Notes: a model not told the origin generated them from the sequence alone. A stretch of 64,000 nt of DNA from Hydrolagus affinis (GCA_012026655.1 JAAILG010001302.1:1-64000), one strand, 5' to 3'; numbered from the stretch's first letter, positions 1 through 13,200 are shown. Numbers and translations are program-made.

Positions 1-142
1 ATTGGTTAAGTAGGGCGGGGCAAGGCCATGTAAGGCCTTGAAGGTGAGGACGAGGATCTTGAACTCGATCCTCTGGAGGATGGGGAGCCAGTGGAGACGG
101 GCGAGGGTGGGGGATATATGGTCGCGGAGGCGGGTGCGGGAT
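1..142 (-). mobile_element. L2 LINE ORF2 C-terminal fragment (runs off window start)
   Basis: Minus strand reads RTRLRDHISPTLARLHWLPILQRIEFKILVLTFKALHGLAPPYL, the conserved L2 ORF2 C-terminal motif; same sequence as the copies at 24200-24340 and 53380-53500. Confidence 0.9.
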
Positions 143-1434
143 AATACACTATACATATACACAAACCCACACACCACACACAGTAACACAGTAATGTCTC
201 TGTTTCAAAATCACTAAAAGTTGTTAATGGGAAAACAAGGCACACTTTCTCTCCATTTTTTCCTACTGTTTCTATCCACATTGATCTAGGGGAAAATACA
301 GAATCAACTTTCCGTATTTTCTCCTAAATTGTACAAAATACATATATTCCCATGATTCTCGGAAGCATCATTCTGATTGGGGGAAAAATATCTCTGGAAT
401 CAGCTCATTTGAACATTACCAATTCTCTCTCCCATGCCATGTTGCAAGCAGACCATATGTACCACATTAAAGAGAACCCTCTGCAGGCTTGAAATTCACA
501 AGTGTTGGACAATAGGTCTCATAGAATTCTAAACAAACTCTCATCTATTTAAAGTGTTAACAACCAGTGCCAGCACAGTGAGTTTGTAGGAGTGTGGTTC
601 CCAGGCTGACAGAATTCATGCTGCTTAGATGGCCTTCAGAATGTTTTGTTTCCCATCAGTGCACAAACAGGAAGTAGAGATGGAAGTTTATGTATCGTAG
701 AAGTTGCTTTCTAATGAGCCGAAATATGTGCAGAAAAAGCACAGACCATTGCCTGCTGCCGATCTCTTAAATTAATTTCCTGCTCAATCACTACTTTATT
801 GCCCATATCGAAGGAACACAAGATAACTATTTGGCAAGCGAAGCATATCACTGGTGATTTTTAATGAATAGGAATAACTTTCAAATTTATTTCAGATAAT
901 TTAATCATTTGTTTTAGCAATAACTTACACAAAAGCAATATATTTACATTAACACAAAAAAGTGTACAGTGCAGTGGTTAGCTTTTCAGTATCCAATTCC
1001 CTTTTTGACCAGGATCACACATTAACCTATACAATGATAATTCTTTCTATAATGTTGAAATACAGGAAACTCTCAATAATTCGTTAGTCCGAGGAAAAAG
1101 AGCTCAGCAGCGAACTATCCAGAGTGGCGATTTAAACATATGTATACACGCAGACAGGATATTGACAGCACAATGACTTGACAACAAGTGACAAGTTAAA
1201 CCAGGATTCAGTTACAAGTTTAATGTTTCTCAAAGAGCTACATAGAGTTTCTGTAAAGAATAGTGACGTTGGGAGAACAGACAGCCAATTTGCACACAAC
1301 AATCTCGCACAAATAGCCATGAAGTGAATGATTAACTTTATCTGGAGAGGACCGTTGGCATCAAGACATCAACAGTCTAATGCCTTAACTTGATTATTTT
1401 TCTGAACTTGATGTTTTCCTGCTGATACAATGCA

Positions 1435-1600
1435 ATAAAATACAAAATTACATCCATATAATGCCCTTTACATGGGATAGATGTCGCAAGGCATTGAACA
1501 GTCAGGGATTTGGACCCGGGCATAAGGAGGGATTGGGTAAGGGAGAGTGGAATATAGGTGGGTGGCTGAAGGGACAGACAAAGTGGAGCATCTTCATTGG
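1435..1600 (-). mobile_element. Degraded L2 3' end
   Basis: aaaattacatccatataatgccctttacatggga..gtcgcaaggcattgaacagtcaggga matches the reverse complement of the L2 tail at 8062, 23840 and 57475. Confidence 0.65.
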
Positions 1601-1799
1601 AGTGCCAGTCTAGACAGTTCAAATACATGATTTGTGGCTTTGAATACATAACCTTCTAACTCAGGGAATGGAATGCTACCAATTGAACTAAACTGACATT
1701 ATTAAGCATTTGAAAGTATGAGAATTTGACTTTTGCAACATGTATTGTCAAACAGCAACCAGTTCATAGTACAAGTGGTACAAGACTGTCTCCTCTCGG

Positions 1800-2237
1800 T
1801 CATGCAGCGTCAAGTAGCTTAGTGGTTAGAGCTCTTGCCTCACAGTGAGACTAATTGGATTTGATTCCAGGCAGGGCAAAATGTTAGACAAGTTTCCTTA
1901 CTCCACGCACCTCTGTTTATCTGTTTCAAGCGCTCTGAGACGCCGTCTGGCATGAAGGGCACTATATAAATCCAAATTGTTGTTGTTGCTGTTATCTAGC
2001 AGTAAGGAGGAACCCAGTTGTTAGTAATTACTGGATTGCTTTTCTGGGGGTAATAATTCCTTCAAAATAACTGTAAATTATTTGGTCACAAATAATCCAC
2101 CATTGTTTGTGGGATACTGCTGAGCTCAATCGACTGCCACGTTTCGCCCACAAAATATAGTCAATTCAATTTACAGTATGTTCTGTGAGGAGCTTTGAGA
2201 CATCTTGAAGACATGATAAGGCGCTATATTAAATGCA
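1800..2237 (+). mobile_element. tRNA-derived SINE, long subfamily, carrying a nested ~70-bp L2-type tail at ~1922-1995
   Basis: tRNA-like head (gtagcttagtggttagagc...tttgattcc), shared body (gtttccttactccac, gtttgtggga..ctgctg), L2-like tail ending aaatgcaaggattattatt. Confidence 0.85.
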
Positions 2238-3608
2238 AGGATTATTATTATTATTATCTCACAACCATTGCAAACTAAATATCAATTTATCACTGGTGTC
2301 CCTGCAATACAGAAACCATTTTGATATTAACCTATACAGGATGACTGGCTTACACCACAAGCCGATTTAAGTACATTTCCAAGTGTTATCACAGAATGAA
2401 TAATGTACATTATAATTGAGTCTCCATTCTGCATTGTCAAAATATAATTCCTGTGAAACCCAGTGTAGGCTTGATGGGTCAAATGGCCTGCTTCAGCATT
2501 GTAATTATCTATAATTTCTTGATTGATATTGTTCTGCAGCTGAAAACCTGACAATGCTGAATAACATTGACAAACATGTTTGATATGTTTTCTTAAAACC
2601 AGCTGCAGAAACCCTAACTGCATTGTATTTTATAAGACTGCAGAGAAATGCCCTAGGAGGCTTAAAGTTGCTTTCCTATTAAATAACCACACAGACCTCA
2701 TGGATGAGTTCCTTATGTGCATGTTTCTTTTTTAATCCAGAGTGTGGGTCATGGCTGTTTATCCAGTTCCCATGGTCATCAGATGAGGGACGTGGGTAAT
2801 TTCAGGCAGGAGTGGTATTCGATGCACTGCACTGAATGAGAACAGCTTATATCTCAAGATCTTTTCCCCACGTCATTCTGAGAGAAAAAGAAAAAACAAC
2901 CGGTTGAGCCATCTATTCCCATTAAAAAGATGCCCAAGTCAAATTAAAAAGCTTTATATATAGACACAGGAAGCAACATGTTCCACAACAAGTTACATTG
3001 TTAATGTCCTAAATGATAGCTTTTTGATTGTAGATAAAGAATTTAAAACATTATGTTTGTGTTATAGTGGGAAAAGGGAAATTAATATTCCCCGCAGACT
3101 CGTGCATCCAGTAAAACGGTCTTTCAACAAACCACACATATGGACTGAAAGCCAAGATACCAAGCACATTACTGGCTTCCAGCACGACACTCTTGAGACT
3201 GTGCCAGCTAAACTATATACATATAAGAATACAACATGTCTGGTCACTTCTGTAATATTCATATTCTCTGAGCTTGGTTCTTGAAAAACAGGCACACACA
3301 TGGAAAACAATATAACTTTTGAAGATTACAATCTGAATGAATGCAAAAAGAACTCTTGAACAGATGCCCTTCTAACGAACTGTTCATAACAATATGGCAA
3401 TCATTTGCACTCTTTTAATCAAGATTTTTAAACTCGTTGTCAATTGATGATTTTTGCATATGCATTTGTGCACTTCGGTATGAAGGTCAATATTATTGGG
3501 GATGGAAGTCTTCCAATCTCCTCAGAGCCATAGTTCCCCCAAACTTACCCTGATGCTGTGACAGCTTCATTTCCTATAGTCTATTATCAAAACTTATCCA
3601 TGTCATAA

Positions 3609-3970
3609 AATAATAATGATAATTCTTGTATTTGATATGGCACCTGAGCACATCTTTGAAACAAAGATGTCTCAAAGTTCTTCACAGAATATACTGCAAA
3701 TTGAATTGACTATATTTTGTGGGCGAAACTTGGCAAACAATTCCGCATAGCAATGTCTCACAAACAGTAGTGGATTATTTTTGACCAAAAATTTTTGAGT
3801 TAGTTTGAAGGAATTATTACCCCCGGAAAAGCAACCACCAATCAATAACAACCAGATTCCTCCTTACTGCTAAGTAAACAGAGGCGTATGGAGGCAGGTC
3901 ACTTACCCAACATTTTGCCCTGCAGGGAATTAAACCCAGGTCTCCAGGCGAGTGCTCTAATCACTGATTA
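3609..3970 (-). mobile_element. tRNA-derived SINE, long subfamily
   Basis: Reverse-complement copy of the 1800-2237 family, from tail to head. Confidence 0.85.
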
Positions 3971-4034
3971 CCCAGTGATTGGGTGTCAACCTTAATTACA
4001 AACGAAAATTTTTGACATGGGCATGAACTCACAA

Positions 4035-4212
4035 CCCGCAAATAGATAAATATTTGGGGAGGACAAGTTTGCGGGGCTATGGGGAGGGAAAAGGAATTGG
4101 AATTGATTTGGACAGCTCTTTTCAAGGAGCCGGCATGGACATGATGGACTGAATGGCCTCCTTCTGTACTTTATAATTGTACTGTATTGAACTGTATGAT
4201 TCGATGATTCTA
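4035..4212 (+). mobile_element. CR1 LINE 3' end
   Basis: gacagctctttcaaggagccggcatggacatgatggactgaatggcctccttctgta...tatgattc, typical CR1/HE1-type 3' UTR and tail repeat. Confidence 0.8.
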
Positions 4213-5039
4213 ATAACCTTGTAACCCAGCACATTAAAGTGCTGCCAGGTTAACATCTGTATTATTCAAACAGGAAAGATTTGTTTGCTTTTAGTTGTGC
4301 AGATCAAATATCAACTTGATTTAAATGGAAGGGAAGAGAGTTATAATCCTCTGCAACACTGCTTTGTCAAAAAACTTTAAATGAAAATTCAGTTGAATAA
4401 TTTCTTTTTTTAATTTCTGTTTCCAGTTTTTCTCTCAAGAATTTTCTTCCATTTACTACAAGAGTGCATTGGGCAAGCATGAGATAAAAATACCAATGCA
4501 GATGTTCTAGCAGTAGTCCCGAACTGAGATGAGCATCACTTGCATCATCGCATGAGATTCAATGGTTTATGTTTCGCTCTAGTTTGTGGTTGGTGGAGGG
4601 ACAAAATATTAGTTATGAAGGTGAAGATGTCTAGGGTTGAAGAATAGATATGGATGAATCTGCCATCATTTTTATTGATAATTAAATATTAATCCTTGTA
4701 TTTGATTTACAATAGCAACAACTTGCATTTATATTTCGCCCCTCATGTAAAGTAATGTCCCAGAGGGCTTAATATAGTGCTTACAGTATCCAAAACATCT
4801 CCTCACTGGTAATAGCTATAGTTGATTTTCATTGCCCAATAGGGAGAAACTATTACATAATAATTCTTGCATTTGATATAGTAACTCATCACATTGTCTA
4901 GAATTCTCAAAGCCATCCACCTGATTTAGTGTGAAGCATAGTTACTTGTAGTAACTATGCATTTGTTGACAAATACCATGATGAACCTTCCACAGGGGAT
5001 GCATTATCTGGGGTAAATTGTGTGTGGCTTATGGCAGGA

Positions 5040-5290
5040 GACAGGTTGAGTGGTCGAGATTAACTTCTCATTGCACGGTTACTTTAGAATGCACCAAGAT
5101 AGTAGAACAAGAAGGCAGGTTTGGAGTTGTTATGGGAAATTTCAACACAGATTCCACAAAGGATTCTTTCCTCAGAGGTTAATTAATGACTTTATTAGGT
5201 TGTCAGGAAGGGTAGTTGAGGCCAGCACATGGTATTTGAAAGCTTGGTGCTGTGGTGGAGGAAGTAGTAGGCTGGGTATTATGGAAGGAT
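5040..5290 (+). mobile_element. Degraded CR1 ORF2 C-terminal fragment
   Basis: ttctttcctcagaggttaattaat...ggtagttgaggc resembles the CR1 'FFSQRVVNxWNxLP..VVEA' region. Confidence 0.6.
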
Positions 5291-5404
5291 GACACAGAGC
5301 CTTCTTACTCCAAACCGAACTTGTGACAAAACTGAATTCAAAATTTGATCCCTTTCAGGGGAATTTCAGGATGTGAGACAATGTACAGTATTACAGTCTA
5401 TGTT

Positions 5405-5536
5405 TTGTTTTGGGATGCTTTATGCCCACAAAATACAATACAGTCAATGCACTTTATTATATATTCATTGAAACACTTTCAAACATCTCAATGATGTGAT
5501 AAGGTGCAATATAAAATGCAAAGATTATTATTATTA
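5405..5536 (+). mobile_element. SINE 3' half
   Basis: cccacaaaataca..gtcaat..gataaggtgcaatataaaatgcaaagattattatt tail. Confidence 0.7.
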
Positions 5537-7261
5537 TGTTCTCCTTGTGCTCCATTTTTAAATTTTAAATGACTTTATTATGTTTTATGACCATGTTAAT
5601 ATTCCATACATAAAATGCTTTGGAATTTAGTGAACTGTTTTTTAAAATTTTCATTCTTAAAAGGAAAATTATGATTTACTTGTGGAATAAAAATTATATT
5701 TCACTGCCTTCCAAAACATTTCCACTATTTACTGTACTTCTACATCTGCTCAGGCATATTTAGGGTCAATTGAGTCCCATTGAGCAAACCCAGTTGTGGC
5801 TCAGATCCAATCTGCCGTTATGTTTCATCTGGTCAAACCTCAAATTTCCCATCTGGATGAACAAAGCAAGAAATTATTTTAATATGTTTTTTTTGGTGGA
5901 AAAAAACTACTTATGAGCGAGGGACCATTTCTGTTGACTTAAACAGGCTGGATGTTCATCTCACATCCGCAGAACATTTTCCACACATATTTGGAAGGAA
6001 AGAACATTTTGGTGAAGACTTAAGTATTTCCCAATGCATTTTTGGAAAGATTTGACTATTAACCACAGCATTAGAAAACCAGCTAAAGTAAATCTTTCTG
6101 TACTTGTTAGTATGTCAGTAGTTTCTTCCATTTTAAGCACACTTCATTATTTGTCCTCCTTCAAAAAAACGTTCCTTTCTTATTCCCTGTTGTATTTATT
6201 GGGATTTGAAGAGCATATTTCTCAATGGATAATTTATTATATATAGGCTGTCTAGTTTATTTTTCAGTGCTTTCCTTTCCTGTTTGTTGTTGTTACAAGG
6301 CCCTAGATTTCCACCCCACCCTCCTTCCCCCCCACCCCCACCCTACGTTTCCTAACCACCCTCCCTCTCAAACCTGGTTACTGAGCACTATTAAATCAAA
6401 CATTCTCAGCATGAAAAGAGGCACTTAAACAAAAGGGGGAAAAAAAATCACAGGTGTATTAATGGTCGAAATTCAGTTCACTGCTGTGGTTCCGTTTTAT
6501 CTTGGCGTAAGCCCAGTGCTGGAAATACTGACAGAGTAACAAATTGCACCTAATCTCAGAGAACGCACACATCATCTGTTTGCAGATCATATGAGGTTAT
6601 AATGTCACTGCTGCTCCCCTTCTCTCAGAGTGAAATTTTGTAAAGTGTAATTGGTATCACTGGAACATCTTGCACTAAAGTCAGGATGTCAAATGCTTCA
6701 TTGAGCTTTCAAGCTTCTTTAATGCATCTGGCTTATGCCTGTTCCTGAAATTAAAATTTACCAGGAAATATTGCTAGGGTTACTTGGTATAGGGCAGGTG
6801 AAGTTAGCCAGAAAATAATAGCAGTGTATTTAAAATAACTGGACTCCATCAGTAAAGTAATATAAACTATAAAGTAATAAAAGAAAGCATTGAAATTTGC
6901 TCTTGAATGTTATCTGTCCCTGAGTATAATGTTTCTTGAAAGCAAATCCTCAAGGTAAGTGACTAACAGACCCTTTAAAATCCTTATGACGAATGGGGCT
7001 CTTATTAAAATGATAATAAATACTAGGGTCTTAATTCCCTTATAATTCTGCTTCAGAACTTCAAGGTAATTCCCTTGTTCTGCCCTTCTATGAGTCGTAC
7101 CTTATTGTGCAGTGATGATATCTTAACTTGATGCATTTCAGCTCCACTGTTAACTTTCATTATCCCTAGCTTTATTTTATTCAGATCCCAGTTCACATTA
7201 TAACAATATTACAGATGGTGAAGGCCACGTATCAAACTGAAACATTAACATTTTTTACATC

Positions 7262-7395
7262 GGAACAACAACCACAACAACAAAATTACATTTGTAGAGC
7301 GCATTTCACGTCAGGTGATGTCCCAAGGCTCTGAACAGTCAGGGGTCAGGACCTGAGCATGGGGGAGTGGTGGAAGGCACGATTGGAAAGGAAGA
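7262..7395 (-). mobile_element. L2 3' end
   Basis: (CAA)n plus aaattacatttgtagagcgcatttcacgtcaggtgatgtcccaagg. Confidence 0.8.
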
Positions 7396-8061
7396 GTACC
7401 ATTTGCCCTATCTTCTCTAAGTCACTGCTACCTATTTTTTTGCTAATTGCACTTCTTTCAGTAACTCCATCTTTCTCCCCATATTCCTTAATATTTATTT
7501 AAGGCTATAAGAAAATCACACCCTAGAAACTTCATGCAACATTTAATGATCGAGTGAGTACATGAAGATGAGAGAAAGTGTTCTGATTTAGTATTAATTT
7601 TGTATCAAATCATCAATAAAAGCATGTAGAAATAGGACATAGAATAGATAACTTAATAGTAATCCTTGTATTTGATGTAGCAACTTTAATGTCAGAAGGT
7701 TGTCGCAAAGCTCTTCATATGATTTAATGTAAAATGTAGTGACTGTGTTTTGTAGATGAATACACATATGTGGCCTCAATCTGCAGCACTCTTGCTCACT
7801 ATATATCTCATTCTCAATATAGTAATGAAAATAATAATCGGCATCATCATTCTTATATTTGATGTGGCTCCTTTCACATCAGGAGATCATCCCAAAGTGT
7901 TTCAAACTGTAAAGTACATAAAGTGAGTCTGTGTTTTATGGGATCACTTCTCCTGTGGTGACAGGCAGCTCTGTCCTACAAATGGTTCAAACCAAAACCC
8001 AGCATTGCATTGGAGTGACAACTTAGTTTATGATTCTGAGTTCCAACACACACACACACAC

Positions 8062-8301
8062 ACAACAACAACAACAAATTACATTTATAGAGCACCTTTC
8101 ACGTCGGGAGGATGTCCCAAGGAGCTGCACAGGAGGCGTGTGAACCGAGCTGGGAGGGGAGTGTTCGGGAAGGGGTGATACACGTAGGGGAGGTCGAAAG
8201 ATTCGGGGTGGAACAAAAGGCACGGTCGAAGAGGAAAGTCTTCAAACCGGCCTTGAAAGAGGAAAGGGAAGAAACGAGACGGAGGGATTGGGGGATGGAA
8301 T
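8062..8301 (-). mobile_element. Young 5'-truncated L2 3' end beside a (CA)n microsatellite
   Basis: Highly similar to 57475-57720; encodes SSLSSFKAGLKTFLFDRAF; ccaacacacac occurs on both flanks (possible TSD). Confidence 0.9.
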
Positions 8302-8804
8302 ACACACATACCAACACACACGCAGCAAAGTGGACTGGAGTATCAGCTTGGACGATACGAGTTGTCTCACAATTGTCCCACAAACAGCAAAAAGTGGAAG
8401 TGAATGAGTAGTTTTATTTGGGTAGAGCATTGCTACAGTACACTTTTTCAAAATTGTCACACTGGAAGAAATTCTTTCTATTTTCAAATTGTGCCATGGG
8501 ATTTTTAATGTCCACTTGAAAAGGCAGGCAACACCTTGCCATACAACTGATAACTAGTCACCTTAGTATAAAGTAATAAGAGATTACTGTACAGTTTGGG
8601 GAATGAGGACAGTAGATTCCTGGTTGAGTGCAGTGGGACTTCATAATGGTATTCTTATCTGCTCAAAACACACCAAGATATGTAAGGAAACACATATGTT
8701 TCCTATGATAGTAAAGAAATATGGTATTTACACCTGGTTGAGACTAATAGACTTCATTAACCTAAAAGTTTAACATTTGCAGTGCACCCCATGTATTGAT
8801 AATC

Positions 8805-9102
8805 TTAGGGTGGAGGGGGATTTGGGGTGACCCGATGGGACCGTCGAAGAGAAGGGTCATGCGGAGGGACGTACTTCCAGAGGTTCGGGGTAGCGTGGCT
8901 GAAGTTCTCGCCTGCCAATGGTGGGGTGGGTGAGGAACGTGGAGAAGGCCAGAGCCTGCTGAGTGGAGTGGGTGGGCAGGTTGGTAGGGGGGTTAGGAGA
9001 TCGCAGATGTAGGGAGGGGTGAGGCCGTGGAAGGCTTTGAATGTGTGGACCAGGATCTTGAACTAAATTCTCTGGTTAATGGGGAGCCAATAGAGTTGGG
9101 AT
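8805..9102 (-). mobile_element. L2 ORF2 C-terminal fragment
   Basis: Minus strand has LYWLPINQRI.FKILVHTFKAFHGLTPPYICDLL-like motif. Confidence 0.8.
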
Positions 9103-9976
9103 ATCACAGTTTTGAAATAATTACAGCTTATTAATGTGCTAATAGATTATTAGTAAGACACCACACCTTATTTATGTTTTTTTTGTATGTTTTGCCACAG
9201 GTTCCCATCTTCCTTATTTTCTTCCTTGTATCTGTATAAAGGTCATTCCCAAGCATAGATGAAAGTCCCAACAGGTTTTTAGGATTCTCTTATGTGTGGT
9301 GATGTCCATTTAGTTTTCATAAGATACATTGTACAAATGCTCTGGTGTAGTATTTCTTTCTTCTCTTCTCTTCACTTTTCACAAAATATATTATTTAAAT
9401 TCCTGTCTATGTAAATTTGCAAATTATTGTTCCAGTAAAGTATAGGAATTCTTTTAAAGAATCTTTCTGCAAAATGTAATAGCTTTGCAGCAATCCCTGT
9501 TTACTTGCATAGAAATAACATTCACCACAAAAAATATTCTCAGTAGAAGAGAGGGTGCTTTCTTCCTCCATTGGAACAATGTGTGTGTTTGCATGTGCTT
9601 CAGTTTGTATAAGATCTTTTCCTTGCCACAAAGCAATCTGCTGAAGTCTCAACCTCCCATTGTTTTGCAACGTTGCACACTTCAGGAATTGGAGTGATGT
9701 AACAGATCAGTTCTTACTACAAATCCACTGTGCAGTCTTTGTCAGGTAAAATCAGGAAAGGGAATACATGACAGGTGAACTTATGGCTGGAACATTATAC
9801 TGATATTCTGATCATACTGTTTACCAGCTGGAATAAAAACAAAAGTTGGATCCTGCAAACATAATTTAGCTTCGTATCTTGCTATTTTTTCAATAACTAC
9901 TGGCAATGCACTCTTCAGAGTATATCACTTGAACATTACTGAAAGATAGTTTTGTTCCTTAGGTTTTCTCAAGTAG

Positions 9977-10268
9977 ATAATAATAATCCTTGCATTTGAT
10001 ATAGCGCTTCTCAGAATATACTGTAAAGTGAATTGACTGTATATTTGTGGGAAAAAGGAGGCAGCCAATTGCACACAGCAGCATCCCTCAAACATTTGAG
10101 GATTGAATTGACCAATTTTTATTATTGTGTGTTTTTTTGGAGGGATTATTATTACGCGTGTGGAGTAAGGAAACTTGCCCAAGGTTTCGCCCTGACCTGC
10201 CTGGATTTGAACACAGGTCTCACACTTGTAAGGCGAGTGCTCTAACCACTGAGCTAGAGGACTTCACA
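9977..10268 (-). mobile_element. tRNA-derived SINE, short subfamily
   Basis: (AAT)n-ccttgcatttgatatagcgc tail through to tRNA-like head ...gagtgctctaaccactgagctagaggacttcaca; small deletion in tail. Confidence 0.9.
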
Positions 10269-12464
10269 TTGTACAAATGTTCTGTATGTGGTTTTCCTAT
10301 CTTTTCTTTGTTTTGAAAGACACATTCTTTTTTTAAAAAAAGAAAATAGTATCTGTTAATTTCCATACAAATCTTCGGTTTGTTAAAGCATCAAATGTCT
10401 AGTCGTATAGAAAAGCCTAAGGGTTTGCAAAAATGTAGCTCATTTCTTTTGCATTAATATACAGCCATACATCATAACTTTGTACAATATTGTCACAATG
10501 ACAAATATTAAGGACATATTGAAATACAAAAGAAAATATCACGTTATGTGACCTGTGGTTCAAGTATTTGGATGTGACACAAAGTTTTTCTTTGGAAGTT
10601 GATTTTGTGACTTATTACTAAACAATAAATCTGTAGTTATTCTTTATATCCTGCCGAAGGATGTAAATGAAAGCCTGATCAAACTGTAATAACGATACTG
10701 CAACTGATTAGATTGCTGCTTACCGAATCAGTGTTCTTTTTTCTATTCCAGGGGTTTAAAGTTCGCTTTGGCTACCCGGTCTCTCATTGTGTGTGAGACT
10801 AGATTCAGTTTGGGCTCATTTGAAAAAAAATTCTAACAATTTTTACAGGTTGTCAACTTTTTTTTAACACAGAGCATGGTTAAAGGTCTGAGTTTATGAA
10901 GTACAAGGTGGATTGTTTCACAGATGTAAAATCAAGTGCCTAAACCGAGCTAATACTTTTCAGTTCTTTTGCATGTGTCAGCGTTAATGAAAGCAGCCTT
11001 TTATAAAACTCAGAATGTGAAGACATTGCTGAACTGACTAGATTCAGTTTTGATGAATGCTTTTCGTATTTTTGGAATAGCGTACAAAGAGAGACTTCAA
11101 ATCGGCCTGAACTTCAAGCCGGGGTTAATGCTATTCTCTTTTGGGCTGAACCACCCACTTTGCTTAAGGTCACTAACGGAGGCCAATCCAGCACAGAGAG
11201 ACTGCTGCAAACTTGGCATCTCCTTGATTAGGCTCCCTGCTGATCTAATACACATACCAGCTCACTTGCCAAGTCAAATAACACATTTAGTGAATTCAAA
11301 ATAAGATTTAAGTGGGTCGGTACAATGCGGCTTGCCCTCTCATCTTTTTCCCCAATCCTTCTCTTTGTGTGCTAGACTGTGAAAACTGCTCTTGTTAGAG
11401 GACTTAATCTTCATTTTTTTGTAAATGATTTGAAAACAGGTCAATTGAATGCTGTAGCTGTAGCCTCCACCTCCTGGAGGAAAAGGGGCTGCTGTTGTAC
11501 GAGTTACATCATCCATTAATAGTGCAAGTGTGGAACAAAATGACATGTTTTGTGCAGAGTGAAAACACACTGGCTTCCAGCACTGAAGAACATTAATAAC
11601 TTTAATGGTGGGGAGTTTTCTTGCAAGTTAAAAAAGAGTGCATCTTCTCTGCATCTTTTCTCAATGAACTTGTCACCCGACTAGAGATATGATTCGATAT
11701 TACTCATACACACCACACAGATTAAAAATTGTACTTACTTGCAGTATAAACACACTGATTTAATTTGACCTAAAATTACAGATACACTGATTTAATAAAG
11801 AAATTACAATCATCACTGTTTCACTGATTTCGTATTGTACAGGTATTTTCGGATAGTGCAGAATTACACTGATGTGATATATACAGAAATTACCTTTTAC
11901 ACTGGTTAAACATGGCACATACAGACTAGGTGGAGGTACTGATCTGATATTATGCATACAGACAGACAGAACTGGGTACTGGTTTGACATTGTACAGAAA
12001 TGTTCAGATACAGTGTATTTATAATTCAGCTGCTTGGTAATGTCAGAAAAAAAGCATGATCCATGTTTAGTCATTCCATATAGAGAGCGAAAGAGAACGG
12101 TTTGGGGGTGAATCTCCTAGGGCAAACAAAATGTGCATTATGCATATCTTCCCTCGATAATTGGACAGGAAAATGCAACAGAATTAAACATTAATTTCTA
12201 CGTGTGGCCTGCTTGCTGAAATATATGGGCAAGTGTGAACCATTGAGCTGTTCAATGAAATACTCAATTCAATATTGACTATTATCACAATTTTCAAGCT
12301 GAATGAGCAATATTACCTTCAAATATACATTAAAATTTACAGCAAATGCTTCATTCCAGCAAATCTGTGCACTCTTGTGTATGTGCATATGTGTGCGAAT
12401 ACCCACACACTTGTTATATTGTATATGTGCAGGACATCATAAGCCCCAAATTCCACCTAGTCCC

Positions 12465-12640
12465 GAGAGCATTTTGTGTTAAAATGTGAGATGGTGCAGA
12501 ATTGTGGAAAATTCTTTGATTCACTCTTTATTTGGAAGTTGGTTCTTTTAATAATTTGGAAAAGGCTTGCCCATATAAGATTGAATATAAGATATTTTCA
12601 TAATTCTGCACAATCTTAATTTTTAAGACAAAATGCTCTC
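12465..12640. repeat. Long imperfect inverted repeat (ancient hairpin/MITE relic)
   Basis: gagagcattttgtgttaaaatgtgagatggtgcagaattgtggaaaat pairs with attttcataattctgcacaatcttaatttttaagacaaaatgctctc. Confidence 0.8.
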
Positions 12641-12944
12641 ACAGGCTAAGACCAGACCTGATTTCCAGCCTGACAAAATTTTGCGCTGTGCATTCTAATG
12701 TCTGTCACATTAATCGCTGTAAGCATCCTGTTATGTTCTGATCCACCTTTGTCTCAGTATCTATTACAGAAAAGTAATTAATCTAGGCAGCAAAGATCAC
12801 CATGTTGTGAGCTTCTCTACACAGAGATCTAAACCTATCCTCCAAGATTCAATTCTGAGCTTCATTGGGAAGAATAGCATAGAAGGTGTACGCGATTTAA
12901 GATGTAGAAATAAAGGCAGCTGAAGTGATGTGAATGAGATCTTG

Positions 12945-13200
12945 AGCTCATATTCTAGGACATGAAGGGCACTATACAAGTGTAATTTTGTTGTTGTTGT
13001 TGGAAATGCCATTTTATGGATCAGAGGTCTGACTGATTAGGTGGACATTAAAACATCATGATGGTACATGAAAAGAGGAGTTTCCTTTGGTATTCTGACC
13101 AGCACCCGCCTTCCTCCTCCTCCATCACCCACTCCTCCCAACCACCCAAGATAAATTGAACATTCTTGTGGTGGTTGTGTGCGATAGATTGCTGTGCAAA
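12945..13200 (+). mobile_element. L2 tail followed by DeuSINE core fragment
   Basis: gacatgaagggcactatacaagtgtaattttgttgttgtt tail, then aggtggacattaaaa..catg Deu-domain-like sequence. Confidence 0.55.
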
